The position numbers and the translations under genes are program-made. This document shows positions 57,601 through 64,000 of a stretch of DNA of 64,000 bases, in pieces. The stretch comes from Piromyces finnis finn (lineage: Eukaryota > Fungi > Neocallimastigomycota), in the NCBI GenBank assembly GCA_002104945.1, contig MCFH01000029.1, positions 62,001-126,000 on the forward strand, written 5' to 3'. Numbering within the stretch: position 1 is the first letter of the stretch; each line of letters opens with the position of its first letter. The notes under the pieces are model-generated. The model saw only the letters and a program-made list of their open reading frames with translations, was not told the origin of the DNA and ran no database searches.

Positions 57601-59620
57601 TTCCAATAAATTTTAAAGAATTTAAATTAATCTTCACCTAAAAATTAAATTAAGTTTTTTGACATTTTTTTTTTTAAATAAAAAAAAAAAAATTTATGAT
57701 GAATAAATAAAATTGGTCCAATAGATTTATGGATTTTCAAGATGTTCATTTTTTCTATTAAAAATTCATTTATTTCTAATTACAAAAATTTATAGGTCAA
57801 TACAGTAATTATGTAGTTATTAATTAATAAGAAATTCATTAGTAATACCTAGGTAGGCCAATTCACCTAGAAATTTCTAGTTGTTATAAAAAGTATAAAG
57901 AATAGTTGGAAAAGAAAAAAAGTTTAAATTTAATCTAAGAAAAATATAAAATTAGTTCCATTTATGATTAATCTTTTTTTTAGAAAAAAAATAATAATTC
58001 AACATTTTAAGTAGTAATGAAAGAGGTAAAATCTATATGGATAGATTTGTATATTATTAGAATATTAATTAAATTAAACATCATCATTGAACTTAACCTC
58101 ACAATAATAACTAATAATTTAAAGCTGTATCAATAATTAATTTGTCCTACATGAGGTCCTAATTTAATAGCAAGTAACTTTCCATATTTTTCATTGGTAT
58201 TTTTCTCTCCTTAACTATTATTTATATGAATAATTATTATTTAATAAAAAATAGTCTATTTCCAATATATAATTCATTTAAAAAATAGTTATTAAAATAA
58301 AATTAATCATTATTAAATAATATTTATTTACCCCCTAATCCTATATATATAATTTATATTTATTATTTAATAATAAATTTAATTATCATATGAAAATTGT
58401 AAAATAATCTATTATATTAATACATAATTTAATATATTCTAATAATGACATTATTGTATGTACATTACATAATTTAATATAATTTAATTACATTACATAC
58501 ATTATTTAATAAAAAAAGCAGATCTATATCTCTAAAACTAATACGAACTAGTATTCTCTATGATGATGATGATGATGGGTGTATTAATTCATTTCTATTA
58601 AAATATAGAAATTTTTAATCCCATTTTTTTTTATTTTTCAGTATACTATACTATAGCCTATCAAGTATTATCATCTTTTTATAACATAAACTTTAAGAAT
58701 AGTATTAGTAATAGTATTTATTATAATTCTAATGTTTAATCTATTTAACTTTTTAATATTTAATATCCATTTAGAAACCATTAAAATCATTTTATAATTC
58801 ATACATTTTTAGCTTTTTCATTTTAAGGTATTTAAAGTTAATTAAACCAATTTTTTCTACACAAATAAAAATTCAATAAGTTTTTTAAAAAAAAAAAAAA
58901 GGTCAATCGTCTAGACTCCCTTAAAATATAAACTTTATTTATTAATAAAATTTTATAAATGTATTAATAATGAATACAGACATTCACACAACTATCCAAT
59001 AAAACAATGAATATTAGTTTATTGTATACATATCAAATACATGTAATTACATTTTATGGAAATTATCTTACATTTTTATTCATTTAATATAAATAATAAT
59101 AGATAAACTTTATGATAATATACATAGTTAAATTTCTATTTAAATAAAAAGAAAAGGAACAAATAATATTAAAAATTAATATAATTAATAGATTGACAAA
59201 AGATAAAATAATGCACACTAATTGAATTACAACTAAAAAGTTCAAAAAAAGTAGAAATTATTAATTATGAAGCATTGAATGCTTTTTCTTTTTTTTTATA
59301 GTAAAAAAAGTAAAACATTCATTTGAAAAAGCAAGGACTAGCCTTCCATTCAATGCAATAAAAAAAATTTTAAGCATCTTTATTGGTTCAATACTTTATA
59401 AGATTAAACTTTTAAACTTTGTATTTTTCTCTTTTTTTTTTTTATGTTTCAGCTATAGCATAATGCAGCAATAAGAAAAATTCAGCCTAAATTTTTTACC
59501 ATAAAAGATAAAATAAAAAAGTCAAAATTTTTGTTGGAAAACTTTATTTATTAATAAAAAAAGATTTAGGCATTACTAATTGAATTTTTATTTGTTTCTT
59601 ATGAGGTTAAAATAGTCTTG

Positions 59621-59965
<345 letters not shown>

Positions 59966-62260
59966 TTCTTCTATATAAATAAACTTTTTACCCTATTTAT
60001 TCCTATTTATTGAATGAAATAACCCTAATTCAAAGTGTTACAACAAAGATTTTCAATAACAATATTAACATCAAACCAAAAAAAAGAAAAAAAATTAAAG
60101 TTTTTAAAGTTATTATACAATATATTATTTTCCAATAAGAATCACTATATATGATATATATTATATTCTTCAAAATCATTATAATATATTAATTATATAT
60201 ATTGTATATAATTAATTTTCTTATTTTTTTAGGTTGTACAAAATCTTTTGTACCTTCCATAAAAGTACTAATTAAATAATTATTAAAAATTATTGCCAAT
60301 ATTTCTTTATATTAATCCTAAAGTTTAAATTTCATATATATTTTTTGAAAACCAATGAAATATCATCTACTAAATATTATAATAAAGTATAATAAATAGT
60401 AAAAATAAATAGTTTTAAATTCTATTCTTATAGCCAGTCAGTCATTACCGTATGTATGATGTTTTTTTGGCTAGTATTTAGGCTAAATAATAAAAAGGTT
60501 CAAAATGAACTTGATTAACATAGAAAAATTGAATTCTTAAAAAGTATAGTTAAAAACTTAGTATTTTATAGTTGATGTTAAATTAAAGCATAGTCTGTTG
60601 CTTCCATTATAAAAGTAAAAAAAAATTTTTTTTATTATAAAAATAGTAATTCTTATTACTAATATTTTTACTTTATTTTCTTTGATATAAGGTTCACTTC
60701 AATAAAAATACGGCTTGTTAATTTTCTTTATATAGCTTAATGTCATTAAAAGCATAGAATAGATTTAGGCAATTAATATAAAAATCTGGATATGGCTAAT
60801 CTCATATAAATAATAAAAAAAAATACCAATAATTGTTTTAGAAAAGGTTATTCTTAATATTGTTTTTTCATTCGAATAATATCTAAAGTCATCATCATTA
60901 ATATTTTTTATCAATAAAACTTTATTTTTTTTTTAATTTATATATAATAATATATACATATATACTAGAAAAAAGAAAAGAAAAAAAAAACCAAAAATCT
61001 TTTTAATATTATTGTGAGTCCCGTTAAATTAAAATTTACTGGATAATTAAAAAGTTTTTTTAAAAAAAAAAAAGTGTACCGTTTTGAATTGCTTAAAATT
61101 AATAGTTAATAAATTAAACTTTAAAGTTAGCAAAATAAAAAGAAAAAAAAAAGAATCTGTTAATAAGGGTTTATTGCAATTAGGAAAAACAATTTATAAA
61201 AGCTTTTTCTTTTTATTACAAAAAAAAAAATAGTTTTTATGTATATTAGACCAGATCTTTAATCATTAAATTTCATTTTAAATCTACGAATTAAAAAACT
61301 TTTTATATAAGTTAATTTCCTTTAAATATCGAATAATAACACACTTTTTCTTTCTCTATCCTTTCTTTTTTTTTAAAAAAAAAAAATGGCCTATAAAATT
61401 AATTAATTGATATAAAACCTTAAAAATGATTCTTATATTGTCTTTTTTTTTTTTCCAAGAATTTCTTTTATTATACTTCTTTATTAGCTAATTAAATAAA
61501 TAAATGCATAACTAATAAACAAAAACCTTATTTTGCTTTCTAATTAAATTTCAATGTCTTTTGTAATATAATCTCATTAATAAGATTAGCATTCAAATAT
61601 TAAAATAAGATTATTCATTAATAATTCATATTTAAATTAATAAAAAAAAGTCACCAAAAATAATTTATTCTTTTTTTAATTAAAAAAAAATTAATTATAA
61701 TTATATATTTAAATTCATAATCTATACACAAGACAATTATACATTTTTTTTTATTATTATTATCTATTATCATTAATGAATTAGGGTATATCACATTATA
61801 GTTTTATTACTACTGTTGGAGAAAATGAATATCCCTATATATTATTACTATTATTATTATGTGTTGTATGAAAATAATAAAAAAAAAAAAAAGTATACCT
61901 TCTTTTGATCACATTTTAATCATCTTTCCGTTACAATTATAGTTGACTTTAAGAATAATTAAATGATCATTAAGTTAAAATATTTTAAAAGGTATCATTT
62001 GACTTTTTTTTTAAAAAAAAATAAACTAAAATAAAATAAGCTAGAATAAATATAAATTCTTTTTTTATGAAATGGATATAATAAATAGGTTTGATTTAAT
62101 ATGAAAGTTTAATTAATTTTTGATATTTTAAAGTATTAATATATTAAAAAAGTGGTTTTGTTTATTATAAAATAATTTAAGACTTTTGTTAATGTAAATT
62201 TTAATTATTAGTTTATTAATTGATTAAAGCATTAAGAATAATAAAATTCAAAAAAAAAAA

Positions 62261-62303
<43 letters not shown>

Positions 62304-63199
62304 TAATGGTCATAAGATTAATTAAATTAACCACATTAAAACATCATGATGGTTTATATGATATTTTCCCTTTTATTATCTTTATAAAAATGTTTAAAAA
62401 TACATAACACTTAATAAGGTTTTTAATTGTTATAACTATTTTGAATAAACAATGTCTATTTTTTATATATGGGTTAATAAACTTTGATTTATATGTTCAT
62501 TAAAACATTACTTAATAAATAGTTTAATAAACTCAAGTTAATATGAATTAAAAATTAGATAAAGAATTAAAACACTTTTTTATTTAAACAACAATATCAA
62601 TTTAAAATATATGATGCATTAAAAAAATAAAAAACATATATCAGTATTTTAATAATTAAAATGAATCTTTTATTATTATATCTTTAATACTATAAAATAA
62701 AAATTAATACTACATGACCTTGGCTCATAGATCAAAAAAAAATTTTTTTTTTTTTTTTTTGATTTTTTAAAATTGTATAATATCATTTTGTCATATTGGT
62801 ATTCTTTTTTTTTTTTTTTTTTTTTTGTGATATTAAAGTAATCTATTCTATTACATTATAATTAGCAATATGTAATATTACTTGGATTAATTAATCAAAA
62901 TATCCTTTTATATATATTTATATATATATATATTTTTTTTTTTAATTGAATAACCAAAAAAATTAAAGTTTAATAAAAGCAATCTAACATATTATAATGA
63001 ATTCATAAATAAATTATCCTTTGATGACCATATTTAAATTAATTAAAAAATTTTTTTAATTATTTTTCTCTTTTAATTATTTTATTAATAATAATGATGA
63101 TAATAATTATAGGATTGGACATACAGTTACTATAAAATATTACCAAAAAGAAAAAGGGGAATGCTAATTAAATTGAGTTAGAATAAGAATATTGTTTTA

Positions 63200-64000
63200 T
63201 GATGTGGTATATATTGGAATGAATATTAACATACTGAGATCTTGCAACTGATTTTACTGTCTTTGCTATTTTGGATAATGCATTAGTGGCATTAGTAGTT
63301 GTAACAGCTGTAGTAGAAGAAGAAAAAGCAGCTGCTTTAGTTGTAGCTTCAGCATCAACAGATGTATCAAGGGTTACTGAAATTTCAGGAGTTGCTGTAT
63401 TGGAAACCTCAATAGTTTTTTTGCCAATTACGAGAGAGATATTAAAATAAATTTATAGTAATAAAAAATTTTAAACCTTAAAAAGAGCTGTCTATAATAA
63501 TTTAATAATAAAAAGTATTAAAATGAAACTATAAATACAAACTAGAAAAAAATAAAGTAATTAAAAAGATTGTTTATAAAAAAAAATACCTTTCCTTTTC
63601 CATAAAAGGCAAATGCATAGCATGAAAAAAAATTCTTTTGAATCTTTCCAATTTTTTAACAGCTTTTTTTTTTGAAGAAGAATAATTTTTAATAGTAAAG
63701 TTGTACCGTCATTATAACCTAAATATGCTAAATATACTAATGTTTTCATATATGATAATATAATAGCCATGCAGATAAAATAATGATATACAGGTTATGC
63801 AGGTTATACAGGTTATACAGGTTATGGTATATGATTTGATACATAAAATATCTTAGAATTATTATATACCTCTACTGAGGCCAAGAAACCCTGGAGTGGG
63901 ATTGAATTCATGCTATTCGTTAATGTAGATTCTGTGTTTTTATTTTTCCATGAATTTCTAGGTGAGGTACTAAATAGATTACACAATTCATGGTTATTTA
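63200..64000 (-). pseudogene. GEM1: Decayed Miro/GEM1 (mitochondrial Rho GTPase) copy: EF-associated region and start of second GTPase domain; truncated by the window edge
   Basis: 64000-63870 gives ELCNLFSTSPRNSW...TNSMNSIPLQGFLA. 63770-63590 gives YMKTLVYLAYLGY...TTLLLKI, then a frameshift into GKIQKNFFSCYAFAFYGKGK, then after an intron TALFK. These match recalled Miro motifs (LFSTSP..PW; TLQGWLAQW; TTLAYLAYLGY; RNVFLCYVFG..GSGKTALL). The expected QW reads T-CAG-TAG, and two expected AG acceptors are not evident. Confidence 0.72.
63787..63826. repeat. 9-bp tandem repeat (ACAGGTTAT)x4 in an intron of the Miro remnant
   Basis: atacaggttatgcaggttatacaggttatacaggttatgg, read directly. Confidence 0.85.

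Noticed and set aside
33600-58160. Recurring short TAGGAC/GTCCTA motifs (about 33604, 44026, 45235, 58144) as possible transposon TIRs
   Set aside because: Matches are only 6-9 bp, tens of kb apart, with no transposase or consistent TSD.

Overview
Very AT-rich, intron-rich eukaryotic DNA with GT-AG introns, long homopolymers and microsatellites. A fungal Cdc10-type septin, a flagellar-type tubulin polyglutamylase (TTLL1) and the extreme AT content point to a zoosporic fungus, most plausibly an anaerobic gut fungus (Neocallimastigomycota); this is inference. I support ten protein-coding genes: HIRIP3-like histone chaperone, PASK/PIM-like kinase, ANKRD13-like protein, histone H1, TTLL1, a PxxPxR-repeat/multi-WH2-like protein, septin CDC10, mitochondrial intermediate peptidase, a 1637-aa intronless glycogenin-like protein and an intronless PH-domain protein. 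A decayed Miro/GEM1 copy runs off the right edge. No rRNA, tRNA, CRISPR array or intact transposon was recognised. Main highlights: (1) histone H1 only reads through if a 2-nt microexon (tag|AG|gtaat, 19410-19411) is used; (2) a candidate actin regulator with 12 exact SH3-ligand repeats followed by five WH2-like motifs; (3) the Miro pseudogene; (4) a glycogenin with a large acidic tail carrying Tyr-containing repeats; (5) two compound TAAA/TAAC satellites 58 kb apart that share the same rare interruption. All gene models were assembled by eye and are untested against RNA data.
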